This document shows positions 12,700 through 26,002 of a stretch of DNA of 64,000 nucleotides, piece after piece. This DNA comes from Paraphysomonas bandaiensis (lineage: Eukaryota; Protista; Chrysophyceae). Numbering within the stretch: the first letter of the stretch is position 1; each line of letters starts with the position of its first letter. The translations under genes were made by a program, and so were the position numbers. The DNA lies in contig CBFFRP010000366.1 in the NCBI GenBank assembly GCA_965644295.1, positions 47,156-111,155 of the forward strand, read 5' to 3'. Under the pieces are notes generated by a model. It made no database searches. It was not told where the DNA came from and saw only the letters and a list, made by a program, of their open reading frames with translations.

Positions 12700-15600
12700 T
12701 CAATTTTCAAAACACAAATTTTCGACAACGTTATCTCCTGTTACACGTCCAGAACTATCCGAACTGGACACCCGAAGCAGTTGATTTTCGACCCGTTCAA
12801 CGTTATCGTCAGCTGAACTGTCATGTAAATATTCCGCACTCATGTTATCCTTATCTGAACCGTCATCTTGTAAATACTCCTCACATATGACATAAGGAAC
12901 AGCAGATGAGGAATACTTTCGGTTCTCGCCGGCGGGGTTGTTTTCACGGCTGAATGTGCTCTCCTGGCTACTTCTACTGGTACATTTTGATACCGGTGAT
13001 ATTTCAATAGACTGGACTCCTCCAGTGCTATGAGACGGAGACCTCACGGAGTCAAAACTAAGTGTGAGTGTTCCACACCTCCCCTCATCATCCACTGAGC
13101 TCGTGTCTACCTCGGAAGAGCTTCTGTTCAAGTGCTGCCGGAAACTCATACCCAGCTTCGTGACACATGGCGTTTGTGACGCACGGCGTGTATGATGCCG
13201 TCCTCCACTCTTGGACGCCCTCCGAGCTCCACTTACACTGGTCTTCCGAATATTTCCACGCGAATCTTCTTCGGAGGATTTAATTGAGTGATTGTGAGGG
13301 GTGCCCTGTGGGCTACACACTGTATGGACACGTTGAGTGTTCTTCGTTCCGATAGTAGAAAGCACCAAACTACGTATGCTTGTCCTAGTTGCTTTGATAC
13401 TCTTCTTCTGATCGTAGCTGCTGAGTATATCTCGCCGCCTCTGTAAATGCCAGATTTTCATTCAGTTAAAACTTAGCAAAATATATCCACCTGTAAATCT
13501 TCGGTAACAGCATCGTCTGGGAAAATAACTCTGTTCAGGTCACGAATCGATAGTTCACCCGTCTTCGCAATATCAATTCTAGAAAAAAGCCTCTTATACC
13601 TTTCGTCACTACATAAAAAATATTTTTAGCACAACAGGTACGCATCCAGAATCGCTACCAAACCTATAATGTAAATTAAGTACACTCAACATCTCCCTAA
13701 ATTCAACGGGACTAATAGCCCCACTCATATCTGAGTCAATCTCGTTGAATAGACACCTCAGAACCTATAAACGAAGGTGAGTTGTTAAAATAAGCACGAC
13801 ATTTGGAGTTAAGCCACCTGTTTTTGATCACCCACCGCTCCTCTTAATCTGCGCAGAACTTTTTCTCTTAGTTCATTGCAAAGGTTTTGGTTTTTTTCCT
13901 CTTCCTCAACGATTGTACCTATACAGTGTACAAAACAAGACATAATATTTTAACATTTTCAATATAAGCACTGTAAAAAGGGAATGCTCACCTATTACGT
14001 CAACATTCAGCTCTGCTATAGCAGATATAACTGATGCAATCTTGACTGTCTCTCCTATCAGAGGTATCACCAGTACCAGTGGAACAAGCCTGAAACTATC
14101 GATTACCAAACTAAATGGCCTTCCACACATGGATTGCAAATACGATATAACACTCACATTAGTATCTGCCACAACCATGAGTGTGGTAGTGCCCTTTCAA
14201 CTGCAGTCACAAAGTTCGATATCCAAAGTGATAAATACAAGGAGTTAAGCATAATTGCTATTTCAACAGCCCTGCACGTATCGTATCACCCTCAGGAATA
14301 TTAGCAATATATAGATACAAAGGAAAGCACCTGAAGAAGAGCTCGGGGCTGTTAAAGAGGAAAATAGAGCTCAAATCTTCACTCAGTTTTACATCAGCAT
14401 CATCAGTGGATATCTCGTTATTGTGAGCTCGTTTGAAAAATGACATACCAAAATTTCCTTTGGGGTTCTTATCCAATCTCCCAATACCACCAATAACGGT
14501 AGATTCATTAGACTGTAGTGGCTTTGGTCGTACTGTCTTTACCATTTTCCCAATGACAGCTGAAATGGACGATCTCCGTCTACCATTTACGGGACTTGTT
14601 TCACTGGGTGAATGACGAATAGTAGTATCAGACACAGCGTCATTCTTGAGATACTCGTCGCTGCCTAATGAGGGGCGGAAAATAAGCTGTCGTGGATTAC
14701 GGTTATCAGTTACACCAGTAGATTGCATTGGTGCAGCAGGAAGCCCTGAGATATCATAACCACCTCATTAAATCGGAAACATAGCGGCAAGACGCTATAC
14801 TTACCCTCGCGAATTCGATTTGTATTTCCTCCAATCCATATTTTCATTTTAGTTTTCTTGGTTTTGTTCTGTAGATCTCGAAAGGACTGCGACAACGCAA
14901 TTGATGAATGCAAAGTTTATGGAGACATCTAGTCGAACAGTGTGAGTAGTGAATTCACCTGACCGAGACCACCACTTCTGACACTTTTCTCTACATGTAT
15001 ACACACGATAATCATATTCATTCGAGAACAGGAAATAGCTTACTCATATTCTTCGCAACTGTTTGAATGATATTGGGTTTCTTTTTGTTATATCGTCTGG
15101 GTATCTTTACATCAGCAAGACGTTCTTCGTCGGCCTGAAATGAAAGCAAGGTATAAAAAACGCCCCTGTATTATGCTCAGTGTCCCACCTTGAGGTGGTT
15201 GGCTTCAACAAAAATGAGAAATTCTTCATAGTCATCTGTGGAAACTACTCCTGCCCTAGCCATGAGCCTAGCATACAAACTCATCAGTGTCAGCACTCTA
15301 AACCAAGTGGAAAAGAGAATACTCATGTAGACGGCGATGTACGTACTCTTACATATAGAGTTGAACAAATTGAGGTCAATACTTCCACAACAAAGAGTAA
15401 GTATACACAGAAGTGTGATATTCAACTTACTGTTCCTCATAAAACTTCCCCACAAAGTAAAGTGCAAGAGCATACACACATATAAAAAATCCACAGAAGA
15501 AAAATAGTTTCAAGTGCTGCTTGGTGCATTTATTGGAGACCTGACGTAGTTCTCTTCCAACAGCAACATACACGCTCCACTCGAGGCCTTCGCCAATATG

Positions 15601-16400
15601 TTGGGGAGAGGAGAAGTCCTCAGACTCTGTATATGTTTACCTTAGTAATATCAAATGTCTGAACGAAAAATATATGACGTGCCTTGCTTCTCTTCCACAT
15701 ACTTGAAGTCGCGGCAGTTACCAAACTCGTTGCCGAGATAGTTTAATCGAATATAATTAGCACCACAAAGCAACACCATGATCACCCAACTAGAATTTTG
15801 CACATTAATTAGCTTGAGTGAATATCGGGCCAGACACCCGCTTAGATATGCACCATAGTCAAAACTCCCAGGCAGCCAATAAGTGTTTCGAAAAAGCGCA
15901 TATATGATCTTGAACTCGATGACTGTGCGCTGGGGTGAGAATGGCAGCAAACGCATCGTGAAAAGGTACCAACTGAGCCACGTCTCCTGCGCACGATCGC
16001 AGAGTTCCAATGTATCCGCTAGAGACATCGCATGCAGTCTGGAGTACGTTTTTGAGGTCATCATCGACACCATCATTATATACAAGGAATGAGCAACAAT
16101 AAATGTAGCAAGAAAAAAGAGAACATATCCCACAAAATCAATAGCTGTGAACCAAGAATCTGTCTCAGAAGGATGCTTGGTAGCCTGATACATAGCCACA
16201 GTAAATGACACAAACCCCATTATCATGAGCTCCTTGTATATCTTCTGAAGCATTTGATTATATATAACCGACCCCTTTAAAGCATTTTCAGCAATTCGTG
16301 TAAAGTTTTCAAAGAGAATGAGAAAAAGTATCGTACCAACGAATGCAATTGACGCAACATCACTATCAACTTTACTTAATATCCCAAATTGGAATGGCAT
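12700..16400 (-). CDS. MLO-family multi-TM protein with C-terminal EF-hands, multi-exon
   Basis: MLQKIYKELMIMGFVSF resembles the MLO TM2 motif; EF-hand loops DSDMSGAISPVE (about 13710) and DIAKTGELSIRD (about 13550); Ser-rich tail. Confidence 0.7.
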
Positions 16401-16430
16401 ATCTACAAGGATCTCACCCTCCCTCCCTCT

Positions 16431-16568
16431 GTATGTATGTATGTATGTATGTATGTATGTATGTATGTATGTATGTATGTATGTATGTATGTATGTATGT
16501 ATGTATGTATGTATGTATGTATGTATGTATGTATGTATGTATGTATGTATGTATGTATGTATGTATGT
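16431..16568. repeat. (TATG)n microsatellite
   Basis: Perfect tetranucleotide run about 30 bp upstream of the MLO start codon. Confidence 0.98.
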
Positions 16569-17832
16569 GTGTTAGTCTCTGCAGATGATCACATCATCTT
16601 CACTAGTAAGCGATGGGCTATAGCAGGTATAAGTAGAAGACCCTTTCCGTTCATGTGTAGATTATAATACATACATAGCTATATGGAGAAGTTGAAAGGA
16701 ATGTGTGCTTTAACGCCTACTGCCATATTCATACCCCCCCCTGCCCTGTACTGTGGGCCCGTCTGTAACCGAGACACTCTATATGTACTGCTGTATACTC
16801 CATATGTACTGTACTGTACCACCTGCTGCTGGAGCTGCAGTACTAGTATTGTGATATACCTGACGTACGACACTCGCGTTATGGTGACCGGTATGACCGA
16901 ATTGAGCTTCGTATGGGCTTTTATTAAACCTACAATAAAAAGCTGTAGGTAGAAATGAAAGCCGAGATAAAAACCCTTACTTTTTAGCACATTGTGGATT
17001 AAAAATGATATGTGTTTGTAGTGTGTACACCTACATATGCAGCGAGGGGACATACTGCCTGCTGTACTATGTGCTGTAGATGCAGCCATCTTATGCATTT
17101 GCTTCATCTGGCATCCAAACATACTGCAGAACAATACTAACACATATTGCTTATTACCTCATTCTGAAGGTGTGCGCTTGTGTAGCAATGCATACCGGCG
17201 TATTATTAGTATGTGGTGTCAAGAAAGCTCAGCTAGATCTCTACCATACCACACATATGCTATATGTGCATAGTCCATACCTAACTAGAGGAGGAGGGGG
17301 CTCAGTTAATGCCATGCTAACCCTATAGGAGGGTGAGCATGGCCGTACTAAACATACATGAGTCATTCATAGCTATGAGAAATCCCGTCTAATCATATGA
17401 CGGATGGGGCAGTACAGTGACTCTAACAGGATCTTATGGTCAGGTTGGTGAACGGATGGCGCGAGTAGGTGATTGCGTAGAATCAGCGCAATGTCTTAGC
17501 GGTATATTTGGTATGCCAGCAGCCTACAAAATGGCCACACTGTGGTAATAGGATACATCAATTCTCTACTATATTGTTTCCTATCCCTGATGCTTATCGC
17601 GCTTATCACACTTATCTAGGAGTCTTATCACAGTATCATATCTCCATAGTTAGCATCGTCAAAATATGCTATCGATAAAATTGATATTATGTCACTGTAT
17701 TAAATGTATATATAGTATATAAGTATATAAGTAGTGTGCGTTGTCGCAATAGTTGTACAATAGCTTTACTTGATATATATATAATATATATGTACAAAAT
17801 TGAGCAAACGTGGTCGCACCTTTGGTTGCGCC

Positions 17833-17936
17833 AAATAGTAGGAAATCCGAGTTAAGCACTAGTTATTTAAATTATTTTGCTACATTAGAACTGAATCTTA
17901 CACGCCTATTGCTAATAATAAGACATTCACCTCTAT
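17833..17936 (+). repeat. SINE/LINE 3'-tail remnant (copy C)
   Basis: AAATAGTAGGA...GTTAAG...TTTTGCTACATTAG...ACGCCTATTGCTAATAATAAGACATTCAC matches the tails of the other copies. Confidence 0.75.
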
Positions 17937-18405
17937 GCATAATGCATAGAAGTATAGTATAATGGTAATGGATATGGGAACAGAGCTTAGCACATTTGTT
18001 TTGTAAGATCTCTAGATGTGTAGAGAGTAACACGCCAAGTAAAAACTGAATACAGTGTCGTGGCATTCAATAAAGCTACAAATATCATCAGCACAAACTT
18101 TGAAATGACTGGCGGGCCTAATTCTCAATGGAGCCATGTATTATGAAACATGTCGCCTGTTACGTCAGAGAAAACAACTTGATAAACAGTTCTATAGATA
18201 ACGGATAGTACAGCATGTTTGGCATTCTTTTCAATTCCCTGTATTATTTCATGACTTAAAAATAAAACGTGCTTTCAATGAAAATCTTAGCATTGCTACT
18301 TTTTTACTTGAAGAAAACCATACATTTCTACAGCTGCTACCGCCTCCAAAATCACAAATCGCCGCCAGGTATGTGACCACGGGTACTGTCACAAGTCACA
18401 TCACC

Positions 18406-21400
18406 TTACAACTCGCCGGTGATCTTTCTGTTACTCTTCGACTCAGCTTCAGCAGAAGAGGTGACAAGGCTTACCCATCTGGACATAATCAACTCCTCAT
18501 TTCGCAGAAAGCGATTAGAATTGTCATGGTCACTGTAAAAATTATATAAATAGATAGCACAATGAATATGTAATGTACGTTACACAACCTATTCTCAAAC
18601 TCCTCGTACTGTTCTAGTTGTTCCCGAACAATATCTAGAAGCAAATTCCTCGCCCTTGGTGACATTTCCTCCACCTCACCACTCGCTGAAAACATATTCA
18701 TCTACACAGAAATTACGTCATACTATATCAGGCAGTTGAACTCAGTGGTGAAAACCTTGAGGCCTAGGTACATCCAAACGTTACTTGGGATGTCTTCCCA
18801 ATGCATAGACTCCTTTAAGCAAAAAGAAATCGTCGGAACTCGATCACTCCCGCTCCTCGCCCGCAGATTCAAGCGCTAATAAGTGCATAAGAAATGCTCA
18901 CCAATTACAAGCTGTTGTATTGATCATTCACCTGCACCAAAGGCTGTGCTCTCTGCCAATCAATAGCCGCTCGCTCGCTGTCGCTTATCGACAACACAAA
19001 ATGCACACAGTCGTATTCACTGGGAATCAGCATAAACCCGTGATACATGAAGTAGGTATGGCTCGGTTGTCCATAATTCTCGAACACCTGATCGCCTTCC
19101 TCATAAGTCCAAGCTGTCGTACATGATAACAATAAGGTATACGATGCTTAAGTTGGAGCTACTACCAGCCTTTGTGAGTGCATATTGCTTATCGTTGGAC
19201 TCCGGCAGGGACCCCCACTCTGTAGCATGAACTCTGCCAAGCTCCCCATTCTCCTTCAGTCGCTCATTGCAGTTCACGAAGTCAAGCATTGGAACGAGAT
19301 GACGACTTCCGTGCCACCATATCGACCGGCTGTCGAGGATAGCATTCGCCCACAAGTACCGCTCTAGAGTAAATACACCGGAACCAAAGAATGCTTCTAT
19401 CAGATCAACTTTAGATACCGCACGGTAATTGCGCAAGGCTGTTGTTCGGTAATTTCGCACATTGTCTGCAATGAAGGATGGTCCCAAGCGGCGATGGACA
19501 TCCTCATCTTCCCAGAGAAGTGGAAGGTCCATGTCTTTAGGTGAAGGAAGTAGGCGCAGATATGGCCAAAATTCTGAATCAGAACCTTTTACGAACGCTT
19601 CATGGATCAGAAACAGCAGTAGTTCATGGAACTGATCACGACGGCCGTTGAACTTGCGCTCGAGGTCAAAGAGTAGCTGGCCGAAACTCTTGTCTCGACG
19701 AGCAAGGGAGAGGTCGATAATCATCTCACCAGGAACAGATAAATACAATTCCTCTCTATCGATATGTCGCGTGGCAACTGTACCAATTCTAAACCCTGGG
19801 ATAAGTCGGGCCGCAAGACTGTTCACTGCAGGTGGTACGATGCCAGAATTGAACCAGTCATTAAAGGCCTGTAAATGACGCTCCAGCTGTGAATCATTGG
19901 CAGGGGATGCCCATACATCTTCTAGAGTCTCTTTTCTTCTTTCATCAATGGAATGTTGTTCTTCCTGATGTGTAGTACGTGGTGTGGTGCTGTCCTCGAA
20001 GCAGTCGGTAGCTCCATATACGGCACATACAGTGTCCAGAAGTCGCTTTACACTGAGCCTGTATCTCACCGCATTGATCATTCTAAGCATACTCCCTGCC
20101 TTCGAATCAGCGGTTATAACCCCTCCTTCATGTAGGAGGGAGGACAGCTCAGATGATAAAGACGAGAGAATAGCTTCATCCTCAGCAGCACTAGTTGGAA
20201 AAGATCTCGAGGTTCTACGAAGCATAGCTCTAATCTGAATCACTACTCTGTCTTCAAGAGACCCACTCTTAATGTTTGTAAGTACACTACGAGACGACTT
20301 TGAGTTCTTTTTACTAGCTTCTACCACCTTAGAAAGTGTCTCCGAGACACGTCGAAACCCGCACATATCCATTATCATGACCCAATTCTTTTTCGAATTG
20401 CTCATGACGTCATTGCAGTCGGATATCTGTATACAAAATTCTTATCATAATTCGATTGCGGCACCTATATCATGTACTTCACCTCATCTTCATTGAATGC
20501 CAGCGCGGTGAGGTATATCTCTAGTGACTGCCCTAGGGCCCCAGTCTGGTCCACGCATTTGACTGGGCTGTGTTTGAATTGCAACGCTTTAAGAAACTCT
20601 CTTGTGGCCTCTGAGGCCCCTGCCTCTGCCCCAGCAGCAGATAAAGAGTGACAACGAAACGGATTCGTATCAGGAACAAAACCATGGTACTGCAAGTATA
20701 TTTTGTCAGAGTTATCACCGTAGTCCTCCATGAGCTGACCTCCAGCTGGACATGCTCTGTATAGACAGTCATCAAACATACCCGCACAAAGCAAGCATAC
20801 CTGTCAGCTGACACCTGCAGGCCTTTCTTTGTGAGCTTATGGTGCTGTAGAAAAAAGTTCCCGGAATTCGACTGTCGATCATCAGGGTGGGGGGCATAGT
20901 TGAACATGTCAGAGTATGGGGCAAGGTTGATGGATCCCTGGAACCTGAAGCCTCTACTATCCACAATAGATGAAGCCCACACGTAATCTTGCATCGTAAT
21001 ATTATTCAAATCAAATGGCCAGAAGGAAGCAGCTTTATTACGAAAGAATTTGAAGTTGTTGGCTATCTTGTGCCAAGAGAGCATCACGTGATCAACAAAA
21101 TCAGGACTCTGCAGTTCCAACAATTCGGTCTTGGAAAATTGACCAAGATTAGGAACATACACAGGAAGAACATCAAGATATGGCTTCCAAAATGAACTAT
21201 CTCCTCTAGCCTTTTCAAGTAACAGAAATGAAATCACTAATTCATCATCATTTGAAAACGTTGTTGATAATTTTCTGTGAAGAGAATCATCAGAATTCTG
21301 AGCTCTTGATGATGAAATGATCAAATTGCTCGGAATGAATAGAGTATCTTGACCTATCTCTATATTCTTTGTGGCTAGAATACCTCTTCCCATATCAGGA

Positions 21401-21555
21401 AAGTCAGTGATTCCTAAACCATCTGCAATGCCTCCATTCTCTGCAAACCATCTTTGGAAAGCATCTATTTTGGTATCATCAGAATTGTCTGCAATACAGA
21501 GAGAGAGAGAGAGAGAGATGACTATAGTAACGGTAGAAATAAATAAAGCCTTCAT
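18406..21555 (-). CDS. Tandem double SET-domain (Rubisco-LSMT/SETD3-like) methyltransferase with signal peptide, multi-exon
   Basis: Two sets of motifs: GRGILAT/SFWKPYLDVLP/APYSDMFNY/EDYG and IGTVAT/EFWPYLRLLP/VPMLDFVN/ENYG; hydrophobic N-terminus; predicted last exon ends ...KITGEL*. Confidence 0.85.
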
Positions 21556-22126
21556 ACTGCAAATATGTTTGCAGTTAATGAGATACTTAAGAGCATATAG
21601 AAGTAACATGATTTCCTATATGTTAAAACTGTCTCTATGCAGAGGCAATACAATCAATAATACAGTGATGTATTCCTCACAACAGACAGAACGGATCTAC
21701 GTTGAGCAGAGGAATACGGGAGTAGAATACAGTAGCTGAAGGTGAAATATTTTCTGCTCGCTCTGCTGCTGGTGATGGTTATTGGATTGGACTGAAGTTG
21801 TCAAAGAAGTTGTCTGCTGCTGGTGTGTGTGTTCTGTGTATGGGATCGAGAGGTGGGACGGTATATACTACTCGACGACTGTGTGGTGTGGTGTGTGTGT
21901 ATGTACACTCTCTATGGTACAGTGGTATACAGCTACTCTGACTGGTATACACCTCTACATGGCTGTATGTATGGTGAAGTACGTGTACGGCTGTGTGTCA
22001 CTCGGCTGATATTATAATCGTTTTATCATCAGTGTACTATACAATAGTATCATTAATCACCCCTATAGGCCCCAGCGCTGTTGTATATACACTATTTACA
22101 TTGAACTACACCAGCGCTGTTCGATA

Positions 22127-23955
22127 ATGAGTGCGGATGAATAGTAAGTAACTCCTAACTGTACATACATACATACTAAACATCACATACACATTAACAG
22201 TAAGAACGAAGGAAATGAAAAATATAAAGCCAAAGATTATCCAGGGGCGATAGAATGGTACACGAAGGCTATTGCTCTTGATAATCAGAATGCTTCTTTG
22301 TTTACTAATCGTGCGGCGGCTCATCTTATGGTTCTTCACTATAAGGAGGTAACACACGTCACCCGATATAATACATCTCTTATACCAATACAGGCTGCGG
22401 ATGATTGTGATGCGGCACTTCTAATTGATAACACGAATTCGAAGGCGTATTTTAGGAAGGTGTCGGCTTTGAAGGGTATGGGTAGAGTGGATGATGCCAT
22501 ACAGTGTATTACGCAGGGTCTGGTTCATGACCCTAATAATGCCACAGCACTGCGTGAGAAAGAGTCCCTTCTTAATGTTAAAGTGAGGTTGGAAGATGTG
22601 GCTCGAATGGTCCGTGAACAAAAGAAGTTTCGCATGGCCCTCCCAAAGATAGATGAATTGGTGGGTTATAAATATCTTGTGTAAAAAAATTTTATTTGCT
22701 CTCAGCTCAGAGAATTAGGAAGCAGCTCGAGAAACTTAAACTTGATGAAAGTCGAGTGCCTAGTTGAGACTCGACGCTTGGAAGAGGCTCTCAATCTGAG
22801 TAACGCTATAATGCGCACATCTTTCAATGGGGACGTGGAACTGCTGTTCCTACGGGCACGGTGTTTGCAGCTAATGGGGGATATTGAAAACGCCTTCAAG
22901 CACCTTCAACAGGCCATGCGCAGTGACCCAGACAATTCGAAGGTACGAACTGAGTTCAAACGGGTGAAGGAGATGGAGGCAACTAAGGACCGAGGAAACA
23001 CGGCTTTCAGGGAAGGGCGGTATGAGGATGCTCTTGAGGCTTGGAAGGAGTGCATCAACATTGACCCGGAGAACAAATTGTTCATATCAAAGATACACAG
23101 CAATAGAGCAAACGCCCTTGCAAAACTGAAGCGGTGAGTAATATTACTTTAGGTAAACGGTGAATGGCTTGTGTAGGAGATAGTTAGAATATAGAAATAT
23201 GCGCTTGTCTAATCTGTTCATAGTCATGAGGAAGCGGTAGAAGAGTGCACCCTGGCTCTTCGTGCCAACAAAGACAATGCCAAGGCGCTAATGAGGCGAG
23301 CGGAGTGTAATTATGCGCTGGGTGGAGAAGAACGCCTGCAACAGGCTCTCAAGTGAGTTGATGATTGCGATATGAATCAAGAGTGTGACGGTTATTAGGG
23401 ACTATGAAACTTTGCAAGAGTCTTCGGACGACGGCCCCGATATGTCCTCAAAGATTAAACAGGTAACTACCAATACGTCTCATTGCATGATGTTCTCAAT
23501 CTATCTTTGTATAGACGAAGAATGCTATTCGTATGTCCAAGCGTAAAGACCTGTACAAGATTCTTGGGGTCACGCGCGACGCTTCCCTAGATGAAATCAA
23601 AAAAGCTTATAAGAAGGTGCGGGTCAAGGGCCATCACCTTTTATGTCATTAATATGTCTCTGCTCAGTCTGCACTCAAGTTCCACCCCGACAAGCAAGGC
23701 GGCAAGTCTGATGCGGAGAAGCAACAAGCGGATGCTAAGTTCAAGGCTGTTGGCGAGGCGTACGAGATCCTTTCTGACCCTGAGAAGAAGCAACGATACG
23801 ACAGTGGGGTAGATGTTGAAGACATTGATAATCCTCATGCCGGTCATGGAGGGTTCGGAGGACACGGACATGGGGGTGGTATTGACCCCAACATATTATT
23901 TCAGATGTTCATGCAACAGCAAGGGGGGGGCATGGGGGGAATGAGATTCGGGTAG
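22127..23955 (+). CDS. DNAJC7: TPR-repeat J-domain co-chaperone
   Basis: KNEGNEKYK...YTKAI...NRAAAH TPRs; J domain KDLYKILGV...KFHPDK; Gly-rich tail. Confidence 0.9.
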
Positions 23956-24455
23956 ATAGATATAACCGCGTACTCTGCGACTATAGATATCATAATAGTT
24001 CGACGTCGTTGCGTTTCCTCTCATAGTATATGTAATAATCAGTGTTTGCATTATTAAACTGTAGTAGTAGTGGGTAGTGGGGGAGTTTTGTGCAGTAACA
24101 ATGTACCATCGGTGGCCAACATGTGTACTGAATACTGAAGAATTCAAAAAAAAATAGCGAAGGAGGATTGAGCTTCCGCTCTTGCTTATGGCTCCATTTT
24201 AATTAATCTCTTTTTGAATTTATCAATAAAATCTATATATTTTTCTTAAATAAATCCATAAATTATTATTATTAATTTGATATTTTGACATTGGAATTTT
24301 AAATAAAGTAAGAACTAAAATTACAACTAGAGATTAAAGAAATAATATAATATAATGTCATGCCAAAAATGCCATTTACTTTATCACCATCAATAGATGT
24401 GATTACACCTTATCTCATCTATTGCTCCTCCACCATCTGCATTTAACAAAGTATT

Positions 24456-25237
24456 ATATGAAAGTCTGATTATTACATGAGTACGGTTGCGTACAGAAAC
24501 TAGTTTATGTCTATAGACTAGCTAATAACTAGATTTGCTATATACTACTAGTGGCGGGCAACCGTCTCGGGACTGCTTGTGCATCGCTGCGAGCACCATG
24601 GTGCAACCGTCCCTTGTAGTAATGTTAGTCGGGGGGTCTACCTTTGGGCAATGTGTCTGGCGGGCCTGTGCCATGGATTATGTGGGGGGTGGGTGAGGCG
24701 AGATGTATATGAGAGTGCAAGTCGGTGGTGGAGATGGTGCTGGTTGTTGAGGTGGGGTTTCGGCCACAAGTAAGGAGGAGTTGTTTCCGGAGTGGTTGCG
24801 CTTGCCTCTGTCGGGTCTGGGCTCTTGAAGAGAGTGTAGTTCGTGGGGTGGATGTCGCCTGGAGTAGCTGGAGTACTTTTGGTGTCGGGTGGGTATCCTG
24901 GGGCTGGCGTTGCTTTGCGTGTGTCGGGACCGGTGCCGCCGGTGCCGTGTCTACGTTGTGGTGTCTGTGTCCCCTATTGCGAAGCATGCGGAGCCCTCCA
25001 TCATATAGGGGGAGTAGGATAGAGGCGATGGATTTTTCTAGGGCGTGGAATTGATGTTCGAGCAGTGAGCTGGATATGTGGGGTCCGAATGCGTCGGCCA
25101 TTTGTGTGGCAGTAATGTGGCCGGTCCAGTAGCGCTCAACCTCGGGGGTGGTTGGTTTCCATGCGGCTTTGGCTAGTTTGGTTATGGCGGTGTGAAACCA
25201 GGGATGGGGGAGCGTGCGTGTGCGAAGTTTGTCAAGC
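24456..25237 (-). mobile_element. 5'-truncated LINE fragment nested in the TIR element
   Basis: 13-bp TSD TTAACAAAGTATT (24443-24455, 25238-25250); ORF ends PKGRPPD*; conserved 3' UTR. Confidence 0.8.
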
Positions 25238-25505
25238 TTAACAAAGTATTTGTTGGATAAGTCCATTCATTAGATGTTCTTGTAACATCATCTAATAAAG
25301 AACTATAAGTAGAACTAAACGCTTTTGTTTGTTCGCTAGCATCTGGAAATTAGCTCCACCCGATCCTGTTATTTCTAGCCTACAATTTCTAGCTGTTAAA
25401 TGAAATGTTGATCCTGTCCCTGATATGGTATGTAATCCATAACTTTTATTCAATAACAAATCACTTTTTATAGTTAAATCGTCATATCCACCACCAACAT
25501 AAGAT

Positions 25506-25527
25506 TAGGGTTAGGGTTAGGGTTAGT
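25506..25527 (+). repeat. Interstitial (TTAGGG)3 TTAG telomere-like repeat
   Basis: ttagggttagggttagggttag. Confidence 0.8.
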
Positions 25528-26002
25528 TGATTCAATAGTTGCAATGTTAGATGTATTGGTTGCTATAATTGATGTGTTTGTAGATATGTTTGATGTCTTG
25601 AGCAAAATGTTAAGATACACAAAGTGCATGACATTATATAGTATTATTTCTTTAATCTCTAGTTGTAATTTTAGTTCTTATAATTTTATTTAAATTTCCA
25701 ATGCCAAACTATCAAATTATTATTAATTTATGGATTTATTTAGGAAAGATATAGATTTTATAGATAAATTAAAAAAGATATAGAAAATAGAAATATGGAT
25801 TAATTAAAATGGAGCCATATATATGCAAGAGCGGAAGCTCTCTCCTCCTTCGCTATTTCTTTTATTCCGTATAGCCGCTCGTAACATTGTAGATAAAAGG
25901 AAGATTTATTTGTCTATTATTTGTTGTCTTGTAAGTGTGTATCTTATGGGGTAGTGCTACTAACAACTAACAACTACAGTTGGGGCGAAGAGACTGCAGT
26001 AA

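Larger units (their letters stand above)
24147..25863. mobile_element. Internally deleted AT-rich element with about 215-bp terminal inverted repeats (virophage/Polinton-like relic)
   Basis: Imperfect TIRs 24147-24363 and 25626-25863; ATTCA/ATTCC flanks; empty-site paralogue at 28865-29044; internal fibre-like peptide remnant. Confidence 0.7.

Noticed and set aside
25506-25527. Chromosome end
   Set aside because: Only 3.7 repeats, internal to a TIR element
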